NCBI GenBank assembly: GCA_010405405.1
Contig: MU004242.1
Coordinates: 35,751-99,750 of the forward strand
Reading direction: 5' to 3'
DNA length: 64,000 nucleotides
Source of the DNA: Microthyrium microscopicum
Lineage: Eukaryota
This document shows positions 13,089 to 25,971 of the stretch, piece by piece (the first letter of the stretch is position 1; each line of letters opens with the position of its first letter). Under the pieces are notes generated by a model. It did not search any database. It had not been told where the DNA came from and saw only the letters and a program-made list of their open reading frames with translations. The position numbers and the translations under genes were made by a program.

Positions 13089-13510
13089 ATGCTCACTCTC
13101 ACAACAATCCTGTACGACCAAGCTCTTTGCGCCCATAGCCCATCGACCTGCTCGCTAACGTCACTAGTTTCGTCCCCATCCTCCTCGCAGCTACCTCCTA
13201 CTCTGCTCCACTCCCTACCTCAGTCGACGCCCACGAACTCACCCAGAACACAGCCCTCATCCACTCCATCGCCGCGCCCAAAGATGGCCAGTCTAACATT
13301 AAGTACTCCGACGCATTCTATAAGTGGCTCTGGACTGTCTCCACCGTTCGTCAAGTCAAGCAATTGAGCGAACCAGTTTGGTCGTTCGGTGAAGACGGAG
13401 ATGAGCTCTCAAAGCGGGACGATTTGATCATTGTTGAGGGTGATGGTGGACGAGCGCCTATTCCGAAGTTGGTAGGGAATCGGGAACATCGTATTGTGGC
13501 GCGGCCTTAG
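13089..13510 (+). CDS. Small secreted protein (121 aa, Cys-free), 2 exons; not in ORF track
   Basis: Exon 13089-13111, intron 13112-13167 (GTACG...CTAAC...TAG) and exon 13168-13510 give MLTLTTILFVPILLAATSYSAPLPTSVDAHELTQ...IVARP*, a clean frame with a signal peptide. Confidence 0.72.
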
Positions 13511-14819
13511 ATTTCAGAACGACAGATGATTGAGCCGATTTCAGGATGTCCATTGAAGAGGCGGTTGTCTGTTTTCTCTCCAGCGAATAGACCTTGGTAA
13601 TGTGGTTGGTGGCAGCACGGGGGATCGGAGTTACTAGGCAACTATGAATACGAACCATATTACTATGACCGCATTTTGATGAGATATCCTCTGGTATGCC
13701 GAACCCAATGCTTAGTGAAGTATCGAAGATATTTGGACAAAATAAGAGAGAAGTCTTGAATACTCCAGGATCTCTATTAGAGCTCAATGTTCAACATTGC
13801 CGTCATTGAGACTTTTCTCAAGCTGATATACAGCTCCCTCCCATCAGTGTGTAATGCATTGTCAACCAGGCGATATATATGAGGTCTTGATGCATCTGAT
13901 ATGCATGAAGTTGAAGAGAGGAGGTTAGAGTTGACGACAGGCATAAGAAATGTTAGCCGCTTTAAACTGCCGCCACATGATTGGCGCTCATGAACTCAAC
14001 GGCTATTTTCAGAGAAAGGATTGGTCAAGATGTCAAAAATCATCAGGCACTAAGCTTCATTCGTACTCTGGGGAAGAGTGGAACTAAAGCTTTGAGTCCA
14101 TTTTTAGCTTGATGCCACTTGAGCTGTCTTAACTTCTTAAGCAGTGTGAAATGCAAGACATTTTGAACCCTTCTCTAGGTCAACTGCATCTTCACCAGGC
14201 ATTTCCTAGAATTGTATCCATTCATATTCATTGAGCATTATAGCCCTTATGCGAAAAAAATAGGTCTAAAAGAACACTTGTCACGCAACGTTTCACAGCA
14301 GTGTCAGCAACTGCAGAGGGAACATGGCACTGACCAGCTGAATTTAATCAATCCCATCTCTTCCTTGATCCTCCATATTATTGCCTGCCACTCTCCATCT
14401 CTCCAACCGGACAGCTGGCCATATCATCCAGGAACAAATTACTCGCCTGGTCCGCGCTTTCTATTCTTCACCAAAATATATTCTTTCACTTCTCACTGCC
14501 TCAATTGCTTCACTATCGTTGATCGAGTCGTGAATAGCTACTAGTTCAGCATATCTACTTTGCGGTTACCTCACTCATCAGGAACCAACTATTTTATGTT
14601 TCACGAGCCGCTTTAGTATTCCATCAGACGGATTTCTGGCATTGTAGGCCTGGTACACTAAGCCTTACCTTAAACTTCTGACCCGTGACGCAATCGCTAA
14701 CTTCCTCAGTGGCCACAGTTGCTTTTTTGCAGATTAAACACACCTTCTCATCTTCAACCCTCCACGCCTTCTCTCGCGGCCACGAGCTCACCGTCCCTTA
14801 CTTCCTTCCGTCGTACAGC

Positions 14820-16382
14820 ATGCTTTCCCCGCAGTCCTTCATATACGCCATAACCGGCCTTCTTGGCCTACTAGCCTCTGGCGCAGCCGCACGGTCAGCA
14901 GAACATTTGAATGTTCAAGTCGACTTGAGTTTCGGTCATGATGGACACCATGTCTGGACAGACGACCATAGACATGTTACCGGCTGGACTATGGATGGTG
15001 ATCAGTACGGTCATCATCCAGAGCTGCTGTCGGACCGCGTAATTCTCACACCTCCATGGCCGGGCAACAAACGCGCTTCGGCATGGGCAGACTGGCCGGA
15101 GATGGACGAGCATTGGACAGTGAACAGCGAGTTTCGTGTATCTGGACCGGAACATGCAAGCGCAAACTTCAACATCTGGTATGTCTCTGACAAGCACCTT
15201 GTGGAATCGTCGAGCATCTACACAGTCGGCAAGTTCGATGGTTTGGCTATAGTCATGGACCAGTATCATCATGGAGGCAGCATCCGTGGTTTCTTGAACG
15301 ATGGAACTATCAGTTATAAAGACCATCACCATGTAGACTCGCTACCGTTCGGCCACTGCACATACTCGTTCCGGAACACTGGCCAATGGGCAAACCTGGA
15401 ACTCCGTCAAACCGAACACGACTTTGAAGTTCTCGTCGACGGCCACCGCTGCTTCCAGACCAAAAAGGTACATCTCTTCCCATACCTCTGTTATAACCAC
15501 CATACTAACCCACCCCAAGGTCAAAGTCCACCCTGGCCACTACTTCGGTCTAACCGCCGCCTCCTCCGAACCCCCAGACTCAATCGAAGTAAAAAACTTC
15601 ATCGTCAAAGGCCCCGCCCACAACGCCCACGACCCCTCCCACGATGCCACCGACCACGCTCACCACGCCGCCGACTACTACAACCCCTCGCACTACCAAT
15701 CAGCCTCGCACCACGATCCAGTACACCACGACGCCATCCACGGCGCCCCACCACCTAAATACGAACACCACGAACACCACAAAGACTCACGCGACCAATA
15801 CGATGGCAAAGACTGGTACTGGGTTGACGAAAAAGAGCACATCAAGGACCACGAATCTGGGTATTATAACAATGAGAAGGAGCGGTTTGGCGATTTACAT
15901 GATCGCATGCAACTTTTGAACCACCAGATGGATCTGCTGTATCATGATTTCAGCGTGTTTAAGGATACGGCGGAGGATAAACAGCGGGAACTTACCTCCT
16001 GGCTTGCGCCCATTCACGAGTACGTCAGCATCAATAAGGTAATGCTGGAGCGGATGGAGGCGACTATTGAGGAGTTGAAGAGCCAGGTGTCTGGAAAGGA
16101 GTTTAAGGAGCATTTGGAGGGGTTGAGTCATTTGGTTGCTGAGAGCCATGCTACGTTGATGGCGGGAATACCGAACTCGGTACACTCAAGTAAGTTTGCC
16201 GAGCCTGCGAGGCTTTTCCTTCGAAGGGTTTCGAGATTACTAACGTGGGTATAGTGGTGAGCTCGAATAGTCCACGTTTCGGCTTCTTTGTCTTTGTCAT
16301 TGTGGCGAGCCAGGTTATGCTATTGGGCAGCTATATTGTCTATAGGAGACGGCAGGATGCTGCGCCAAAGAAATATTTGTAA
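14820..16382 (+). CDS. L-type (legume-like) lectin membrane cargo receptor, Emp46/Emp47/ERGIC-53-like, His-rich
   Basis: Signal peptide; lectin motifs (SDRVILTPPWPGNKR, VGKFDGLAIVMD, GSIRGFLNDG, YFGLTAASSEPPDS); coiled-coil stalk; TM segment; C-terminal PKKYL* dilysine signal. Introns ~15468-15518 and ~16189-16253. Confidence 0.9.
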
Positions 16383-18076
16383 ATGTCATAGAGACGATAT
16401 AGGGTGTGGGTTGTGTTGTTGTATATTACGAGGGCCTGGATGGCTAGTTGCATTAAACGCAAGAATCGGCGTTTTGGGATTGGCGATTTCAAGTAGGTAA
16501 AGTCTAGTTGTTTGGATTTCTTACTTCATGGTTTGAGGGGATTGTGAGACTGAGATTAGTAGATGAGTTTGTCAGAATGAGATATGTGTATGAGTGATTG
16601 GATCTTTGAAAGGCTCTGTTGGAGGTTGATAGGCGGCTGGTGATTGTATGTTGTTGACATTGTAAGTTTATCCTGAGCTTGGGTACAAATTGTTTGCTAA
16701 TTCGAGTCCAGAAAGACCTGTACCAATAGTTGATGGCTTGATCAACACGATCTGCGGTATAACCAAGAGAGCCACGCTTCGGGCCACGCTTCGGCTTTCC
16801 GACATCTGAAGCTCCTCTGCCTTGACAGGTTCCCCAGGGCCGTTCTTGGGTCTGCTTCGCTGACGTAAATATCCTCTGCCAAAACCATGATTAGTCCGAT
16901 TTTCAGAATCCCGGAAATCTTTAGAAAATCAGTTAGCCATTACCGAGCGAGCGCACCTCCTGTGAATACTAAGTGCTACCGATGCTTCGCTGCGGGCTTG
17001 AGCTTGTCCAATGTCCTTTGCTAAAGCCGAGATAGGAAGCTTTGAGTTGATATACTGAAGTGTGTACCCTAGAGTACGTCGAGGAATCAACTTTTCATGT
17101 ATGCTTATGTAGTATAAACTTTTACTTGAATACGATATTCACTGCAATGAATGGTAAATAATAATGATACCCTTTCTACCACTCGTTTGCATGCTGCTTG
17201 TATCGAGATTTTGTGTTAATTTTAAGCAGTAAACTGTCGTTCTCAATGCTATCATGCTAAAATGATATTGAAATAGGTACAACATCGCGGTTGTTCGAAA
17301 TCGTCGGTACAAATAATCCCCCTTATAGTTGAAAAATGAGATGATGAGATCTTCATATTGAGTCATCAGAGAAAGAAGCATTAAAACACCAGATTCCCCG
17401 AGTCATCATTATCGAAGAATTGGATGAGAAGACTTGGATAACCTAGAAACACGGAGTTTCGTTGTACTTATCCAGTGACGAAGTTCTGCGCGAGATCTGC
17501 TCTGCCACATGCCCTTGTGTTGCGGCTTCTTTTTCCTACATGGATTAAAAAGAGTTTGATTCTAGCAATTTTCACTGTAGATCAATAACATACAGATGAT
17601 GCCTTAATGCTATTTCTCCCTATCGCCTTGCTGTATCATCTGAATACAGATTTGCTGAGCCCTCAGTCAGAAAAACACTCAATTATCAGGCTATCGACAA
17701 AAAGCTACACGGATATGTCCGATCTCCACCATCATTGAACGGCAAGGTCACTATGCTATACCGTCCTGAGAAGATGAGAGCATAGAGAATTGTACTGCTC
17801 CACTGCCGCTACAAAGCAGCCCATCAGGCTGAACCACACAGCTTCATCGCCCTATTTTGCAGCCTATATGCAAGCTAATCATGCACTCGCCCTAAAGTAT
17901 GCCCACTTGCATCTCTAGCCTAACCTGGGTTTGCGAGAGCTGTACTTGAATGTCCGCTACCCCCAGCGTCATGCTCCTCCATTTTCCTAGCAAGATTGCT
18001 TTCGACGCCCAAGACTTTGGCCACGCTTCACTTTTCAGCCTGATCAGCTGCTGCAGCTACCTGGACACGTCACACA

Positions 18077-19260
18077 ATGGATCCATCTTTCTACCCAGAT
18101 CTCAGCGATGATTGGACAGCCAACTTCATGCTTGATCCCACTTTTGGGTTGCCTGGTCAGGAAGGGTGAGCTTTTTTTTTTAGTTCTCACATACATTTAG
18201 GGCGCGTAGCACGGCAGCTGGCTCATGGACTCGGGAAGAATTCAATACATATTCCCCCGGTGGACATATTTGGTACGATCATGGGAAAATCTCCATGCCA
18301 ATTGCGTTTCTTCCGCCAAGCGCAGTTATAACAGCCCAATGGGATTGGCAAGCTGCATGGGCTGCAGCCCCGTTTCGTGCCTCGAACTCTGCTGCAACTT
18401 CGAATCAAGCTCAGCAAAATGGGATGATTTCGTCAAATTTTGCACAAGATACGGCTTTATCCAAAGTATCCGATAGCTTGCAAGATGGTGATTCTAGGTA
18501 AGCATGCGCCTTTTGCTCTGTATTACGATATTGATCACGAACTAGAGATTGTTGCCCCTTTTCTTCTACCTGTAAGGAATGGTTCTCCACCGAGGTTTCT
18601 CCCATCACCCATATGAGAGTATATCACTCAGAATTTGAATTGACCTGCCAACAATGTCACCAAATCAGCGCAAATATGGCTCAGGCCATGCTCCATAGTG
18701 ACAGCTCCGGGCATACGATCCTTGGGTGCCCATTCCCGGATTGTGAGTCGACCTTTGCAAGACATGATATCCTTCATCGTCACATGAAGACCAAACACAC
18801 AAATACCAAGGCAAAGTTTTCTTGCCCACATTGCAAGAAGTACAAGGTCTTCAAGCGAAAAGATCATCTTGCTCAGCATCTTCAAGGATATCACATGATA
18901 GAAGGAAAAGACTCATGGTGGAGTTCCGAGGGCATCTCATGCCATCACCTCGAATGCAAATATTATCGATCAGGCGCGACTGAGAGCTTCAACTTCGGTA
19001 AAGGGACTACCTTTACTAGTTACCAAACTCTACCAGAAGGGGGACACGCGTTCAAAAAGCGCTCAGAGCTCACAGCACACCTGAAGAAAGCTCACGACGA
19101 ATCGCCTTTTCCATGTAAAGCACCACAATGTGATCGCTTTGGAGGGAAAGGCTTCTTCCGCGAGCGAGATCTTGCCAAGCATTACCAGAACAAGCATCTA
19201 GACTTTGAGCCCAAGGACATCGATGACGAGGAAGACGAGGAAGAAGTGGCAGGGAAGTAG
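18077..19260 (+). CDS. C2H2 zinc-finger protein, probable transcription factor (5' exon structure approximate)
   Basis: Several fingers (CPFPDC..TFARHDILHRHMKTKH; CPHC..FKRKDHLAQHLQGYH; CKAPQC...RERDLAKHYQNKH). Upstream ATG at 18077 with splice donors at ~18166 and ~18498. Confidence 0.85.
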
Positions 19261-20332
19261 TCAATACCTTTCCTACACTCTGTGGTCCCGCCAGATATTG
19301 ACGTATGGTTCTCATCTCAAGCCCCGGATGCTTAATAATGGATAGAACAACTGTTGGGCACGATCGAGATTACTTGGTCTTTAGTGACAAAACATGAAAT
19401 TACAAAAACATTTGGATTTGGAGTTTATGGAGATGATCAGAAAAGCAAAAAAAAAATTGACAGCACCTAATGACCTTTCGTTTGTAGTAATCTCAAACCA
19501 TCATCTTGTTCTGATCTTCGTCTTTTGACTTTGGAATGATCAACGAAAAATTGAAAAGACACAAACACTGATTAGTCTCGAGATTCGCAATATGCCTACC
19601 CATGCCTAACAAATGATAGGCCTGCTGTCACCCAGCGATAACGGATATTGACAGTTCACGAAGCATCATATACGCTACTCGCAAGCATGTCAACTATTGA
19701 GGAAATACAAGACACTTGAAGGGCTTACCTGCTTGTCACTTCATTAGAAGAGGCCTTAGCTCGAGAGTTCTCTGGCAATTTGTTACTCATGAGATGTACA
19801 TAGAAGTCCGATCTGCGGCAGCTAGAATCATGAATCACTACAGATGAGACGGCGCGCTGACTAAATGATGGTTCATTGATAAGGTAAATGCCTGGGTACT
19901 GAAGTATATCGGTACTCATTAGGCTACGTACAAAAGTAGCCCACAAGTCTGCTAGAGATAATGTCTTTAGCATGCAACAAAGCCACTGAATACCCGTAAT
20001 CATTGGGTCCTGCTTGGACTGGTCGCAGTGTAGTTGTATAGTGGGTCTGACTCAACTTATGTTGTACAGTATAACATTAGCAATAAGTGCATGTCCTAAT
20101 TCCGCTTCAAAGATGGCTGGAACGCTGAGGCTTACAAAGGGGTGAAAGTACTGGACAATACAGGGTGAATGAAGGGACAGTGTGGGTGAATGACGATAAA
20201 TATTGAATCTAATCGATCTGACCCAGTGAGATTTCGGGCTACAATTTGTGATTTAGAGCCAATCGAGTTGACATTGATTGAAAATCCGATCTACGGCACA
20301 TCAGAAGTCTTGAAACTCACGGCTTTGGAAGA

Positions 20333-21400
20333 CTAGGCATTCAGGTGTTTGCGCCATAAGTCTTGGGCGTGTATACACCAAGTGAAATGCTTGAGGAAGG
20401 AGTTTGTTGAATGATGTCCCTCAGAAGAAATTTCTAGCTCCCATTCTTCTTCTTCATCCCCAACGTATTTCTTAGCGCCGTTCAGATGTGAACAGCCAGC
20501 GCAGGTAAGTCCATGACGAGTGTGGCCAGACTTTGGGCTATATATTTGCATTGCGCCACATGACATGAAAGTCCACACTCGTCGTGGGCGGAGGCGGTGC
20601 ATAATCTTTTTGAATGTGAGCTCCTTGCTAGGGTATTTTTTGCGAAAAGCGTCAAAGACGACTCTCACTGGAATGAGACGGCGTCGCCTGCCCTTGTATT
20701 TGTACTGATGGGGACCATATGAACCAGGAATACTTTCAATACCTCCCAGGCTGGAAAGATTGATTTTCCCGAGGCTCAAAAACTGCCTTGCAGTACTTAA
20801 GGGGGTCATAGCAGTAGGCATTGGAGGTATATGACCACGGCGACCACCAATCTCCAAAGGCCAACTTTTGAGACACGCATAACAGTACCTAGTCCATGTA
20901 GGTAGAAAGACAAGACCACCAATCATGGAACAGTATGCACATTCATCGGTGCATAGCACGCGATAGAACTCCGACAGCGTAACTCTCATGGCTAGTTTTG
21001 TTCGGACAAGTGTCCAAAACATGTCCAGTGCATGCGATTTCATGATTTGAAACTGGTGCACTGAGTCCACACACTCTCTAACATAGTAGTTGACTCGACG
21101 AAATTCAAGCAGCGATTCCAGATCCAGTTCTAGAATGACAAATTGAAGTACCTCCAGCGGAATTCGATCAAGATTTCCAAGATCCGAGGCCTTTTTCGCA
21201 CTGTCACGTTGCAACGGAGCCAGCTTTGCTACTTCCTGACCCCGATAACAAGAAGAAATGACAGTGGCAGCTTCATTTTCGAAGTCATCACCGCCAGAGG
21301 GGCGGCTACAAACACGGATAATGTCCATCGAATCTGCTTGGGTGTAGAGGTATGGTGTATCCGAAATATCGTGGAGGAAGTCGCATTCTGGGTCTGCCAT
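20333..21400 (-). CDS. F-box domain protein with Cys-rich motifs
   Basis: LGNLDRIPLEVLQFVILELDLESLLEFRRVN is F-box-like; also C..C...GGLVFLPTW.R.CY.C and C..C...H..WC motifs. Intronless ORF; start taken at MADPEC. Confidence 0.8.
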   Translation of the reverse strand: MADPECDFLHDISDTPYLYTQADSMDIIRVCSRPSGGDDFENEAATVISSCYRGQEVAKLAPLQRDSAKKASDLGNLDRIPLEVLQFVILELDLESLLEFRRVNYYVRECVDSVHQFQIMKSHALDMFWTLVRTKLAMRVTLSEFYRVLCTDECAYCSMIGGLVFLPTWTRYCYACLKSWPLEIGGRRGHIPPMPTAMTPLSTARQFLSLGKINLSSLGGIESIPGSYGPHQYKYKGRRRRLIPVRVVFDAFRKKYPSKELTFKKIMHRLRPRRVWTFMSCGAMQIYSPKSGHTRHGLTCAGCSHLNGAKKYVGDEEEEWELEISSEGHHSTNSFLKHFTWCIHAQDLWRKHLNA

Positions 21401-22670
21401 TATAAATGCGCGGCAAACAACAAAGTCGAGCAAAATGCGAGGCAGGAAAAACCTTAGAGGCTGATGGAAGTAGTTGTGCGAATGATCGAGGGTCTATATA
21501 TAGCAAAGTCGTCAGCGGGTATCAAATAGTAAGGAAAGATGCACAACAGATACCTACCGTTGATTCGGGTATTTATTGTTTTGGGCAATGCTCAACGCGC
21601 GTAAAGGCGTTTGCAGAATGTTTGCGAATTTGAAGGCTTGTAGATGCGCAAAATTGCTGTGGTAGCAGTTTGTGAGTGTAGCAGTTTGTAGATGCTCAAG
21701 CTTATGGATGTAAAGTTTGAAGATGTAGAAGTTGAATGGAAGCGGAGGTTTGTGGATGTAAAGGTCTGCACGTTCAAAGTTGGTTGGTGTTATGGTCCAA
21801 AAGCAGCAGATGTCGCTGTCGGCACCATCAGGCTGAGGTGAATGACTTAGGAAGGTAGGTATCTATCTAATTGGTTCAGCGACCAGTAGTCCATCCAATT
21901 ATCGTAATGGGAAGGCTTTGCGCTAATCCTAACTCAGAAACCCCTGTAAACAAACACAACCTCACCTCATCTGCGACTCGCCCGCCACCACGTCTTCCGT
22001 TAGACCAAGAGTCTGCAGTCAAAGCCAAACGAGGCATTCTTGTGATCCTGGCTTCTCTTAATTTGCTGCGAATGAGTAGCTCTTGGTTCAATCTCGGGAC
22101 AGACTCGGATGTACAGCTGAGGCTGGGCTTGACCTCCTCAATGCTAAGCCTCGAAATCCATCAGCGCGGCTAATCCGCACGAAACCGTCATCTTCACCAA
22201 CCAATTAAGGGCAAATATTTCATCAGAAGGAACAAGGAAGTAAGCAGCTTACATCGCGTTATAACTGTCTAAACTACTTTGCAACTAACGCCCTAAAGTA
22301 CAGCAGTGCCATGCGGCTGAATGTCGCGCCCTTCTACATCTCCATACACCATTGAGCAAAACCAAATGCCGTAGCAAACACCGTCTTTATGTATGGTAAG
22401 TTTTTATAGCATCCGAGAGAGTTGACAATGTGTATAAAGGATCAAATGGAAATAATATAGGAAAACTATTTTTCATGATAAACAATTTCGCATCCAAGTT
22501 TCTTTTACTCATCCATAGCGTTCACGATTTCTAGCTTTTCGTTGAGACTCTCTCTTCTTGTACGATTGGTTCCCTTTCTGCAGTTTCCTATCTTGTTCTA
22601 TTATCGCCAGCTCTCTGCCAAACCATAGACTAGTCTCATCGACAACATCTACTCGCAATTCCTGTTCATC

Positions 22671-24013
22671 ATGTCTTCTTTGGCATCGAAATCGCTTGCA
22701 TTTGTAGTAGCCGCCCTACTCTCACCAGCTTTCTCACAACCTGTTGGGCCTGGGCTTGGCGGTCTCGGTCCTGGCCTAGCTGTACCAGGCGCTCAATTGA
22801 AAACTGGATGCGGCGTCGCAGATTTCACTCAGGACAACTGGAATACAAATGACCTTGATGACTTTATACTTGGCATACCTCAATTCGGGCAGCGTAAGTA
22901 CATCATACTTTTAGAAGATATCAAATGCTAACATCGTTTGCAGAAGCCGGATTCCCTCGCAATGTGCTGGCAGCTAATAGCATCAACGGAGATCCAACCT
23001 TTGACTGTACCGATTTCAGCAGACCTGGATCATGCAGCATCCCAGGTCCTTTTCCCGATGGCTCCACTGTTTGCAGCTCCTTCAACGACCTTCGCTTCGG
23101 ATTCGTAGCTCAAGCCTACGAAAATATTTACAACAACCTCAGGAATATGTTCAATGGCATCAAGGACGCCCACGATCAGGTCAACTCAGAGGGCTATATC
23201 GGTACCATGTTACACGATATCTCTCCACAACCTCTCCCCGTTTCACGCGACAACCTCCTTAAGATTCAAGAACTAGCTCTCAACTTCATTCCTGTTCCCG
23301 AAGCTGGTGCCGAACTGAACTTCATTAGGAAGATCCTCAAAAAGTTCACAAAGCTGGCGAAGAAAACTGTCAAGAAAGCCCAGAAAGATTCCGCAATGGA
23401 AGCAGAGACTCTAGCCGAGCAGCCCGAGATCATGCAAGGCTTACTCGACAGCGTTGTCCCAACCGTTCAAAGCGCCGTCATGGATCAGCTAAATTCCATT
23501 TTCGTCAACGGCGTAACCGACGACTCCAATGTCCAAGTTCTCCTCGGTGGCGCTCACCTCAACCCAGTCATGAGCCAGTCCGACTACGCATCTGCCATGG
23601 CTCAGAACATACGTGCCTACCTTCTATCAATGGCCATGAGCAAGATTGGAATGACGCTGGTTGTTGATAATATCGTCAGCACTTGTGCCAACAATGACCC
23701 AGAAGACTTTCTCAGCCCTGATGGTGCAGTATGCCAACGTTTCCGTCTCCCTGAGGATGAAGGTACCACCGTGACTCTAACATCAGGTGATCACCCTAAT
23801 GCTATGGGCGACATTCAAAATCGATTCGGCTTCAAGTTGCAGGACATTGCTTTGAATGCTGAAGCTTGCAAAGAGGCTGGTAAGACCTTTGCGGATGTGG
23901 ACTTTGATGCTTTCTTGGACAGCGATACGCCAGGTGTTTTCCCGGATTGTTTGTTCGGTATCCACGTTAATGCTGAGAAGATTACACCTTTTGGAGAGCC
24001 TTTGAAGTTGTAA
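22671..24013 (+). CDS. Secreted protein of unknown function (~430 aa, 2 exons)
   Basis: Signal peptide MSSLASKSLAFVVAALLSPAFS; intron ~22894-22944 (GTAAGT...CTAAC...CAG) joins two ORFs; spaced cysteines; TATA-like tataaa at ~22433. Confidence 0.8.
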
Positions 24014-25093
24014 TAGGATTATGGGGTAGTGGTTTGTGTCAGTCACGTTTGTTGATTGTTTGGATTGCTTTTATCAATCATTGCATTGTATACTACTCTT
24101 CTTCGAGCATTTACCTGGAGTTATGGTGTTTGCTTGCCGCAATCTATTCGTTATTTATAATGATCTCCTGGCTCGTCGTAGATACTAAAGGGAAACTACC
24201 TATCTCTCCACATCCAACGACTAGGCAAAATAAGTGGCAGGCTTCCATCAGCGCGGATGACTCCTACCACCGCTTTTGGCTAGACGCTGTTATACTTGTG
24301 AAAGCACTCGGTGCAACGATAAGGCGATGGAGGGGACGTTTAAAAGCCGTCTTTGAAAAATCGGCTTCAAAGAACATGCATGCAAGCTCCCACTCTAAGA
24401 ACTATTCTTATGGTGAATCCATTGTGTAATGCGTTGAAGCATTTTATTCTGGTTTTCATCATCTTTTCAAATCCAAGAATGATGAGACGGTAGCCAATTT
24501 TTGTTTATCACGACAAAGGGTTTTTCAAGCCGATTCCGACAAGTTTGTCAGATTCACTCAATTAACATGTCGGAATTTTTAGAATCTAAATATACACCAA
24601 GCTGAACCACGTTCCCGTTTTGCCCCGGATTGTACGAGCATTAGCTCAATTATATACATCGCCAAGCAACCGCGTGGCTTGCGGAACGTTGCATCGTGGT
24701 CGTACTTTACCAGGCATAAAAAGGGGAACAAACTCAGCTTAAATCTTTCTCTACTACCACGCGCATCTTGAGTACTACTATAATGCAAAACCTCAAAAAG
24801 AATGGGCTTGGATCTGCCTTTAAAGCTTTGTTTGCCAAGGTTCTAGATCACCTCGTGGTCTGACTTTCTCGTGAATCGTACCACCCAACCTCCCAATTGA
24901 AATCTTCAATGTAAACTTCTTAGTTGTGGCGTGCGTAACTTTAGGTAAAGAAGAAATGTTTACATAGAATGCATTGCTGGCCTAAAAAAGTATAAAGAGC
25001 GCTGTCAAAGGCGGACATTTCAGAAGAATTCAGCACTCTCCGATTCGTCCAGTCTTCTTCGCTCACATCATACACGAATTTCTATTAGCCAAT

Positions 25094-25604
25094 ATGAAGT
25101 CTCTCGTCTATCTCCTCCTTGCCGTTTGTATGTAATAAGTATGGGAAAACCCTTTTTACGTTGCTAACAACTCCATTAGGCGCTGTAGCAACTCCCTCCG
25201 CCAGTCCAGCCGCAGTAGACAGCAAATGCAAATCCTTCTGCAATAACGTGTCATTGCCCGATGACTGTCTGACAGCTGCTGCCACTGGAACTGGTCCTTG
25301 CTACGAATGTGGCCCTTACAAAACCATCACTGATCAAAAGCTCTGTGATGAAGTTTGCGTTAGTACCACGCATGATGCTGCTAACTGCGGGAAATGTGGC
25401 AATGAGGTACGATCAACATCTCCATCAATGGGATTCACTAACAATCAGAGTTAGTGCGAGTATGGTCAAATCTGCCACAATGGAATCTGCGGATGCCGCT
25501 CTGGGTCTGCTTGGTGCTCTGAGATCAATCAGTGTGTAGCTGGACGCAGTCAGCTGTACAAGGACCTTGGAGACTGTGGATGTTATGGTACCAATTGCCC
25601 GTAA
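25094..25604 (+). CDS. Small secreted cysteine-rich protein (136 aa) with Stig1-like motif, 3 exons; effector candidate
   Basis: Exons 25094-25127, 25180-25406 and 25455-25604. Signal peptide MKSLVYLLLAVCAVA; CVSTTHDAANCGKCGNECEYGQICHNGICGC resembles the Stig1 repeat; 18 Cys in the mature part. TATA box tataaa at ~24991. Confidence 0.85.
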
Positions 25605-25971
25605 AGCTTCATTCCAACAGCACGGTAGCCTCATGAAATGAATAAAGGATGATTGATCAGAGATCATCATAAAAGCTTTCGGTTTATAGTTATCCTATCC
25701 TTTCAAAATCCACTTGTGCGAAGTTGTGCTGATATTGTAAAGAACTCCACATGAAGGCTCGATGAGATTGAAGGAACGCTCAGTTCTCCTGAGACTTCTC
25801 ATATTCTTAGAACTTATTAGTTGGTCAGTACTGACACATCTCTCTTGTACCCATATATCTACTATCAAATCTTTTTTTGAGTGTACGCCATAGCCAAGCA
25901 TACAACAACATGGTCTAGCGAAATCAAGAAGTGTTCCAGCAAAAAACCTTTTCTATCCATAGCAACCAATA

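Noticed and set aside
16771..16795. Short two-copy direct repeats here and at ~52298-52322 and ~54547-54579
   Set aside because: Two-copy 12-16-bp repeats are expected from slippage, and there is no supporting context.
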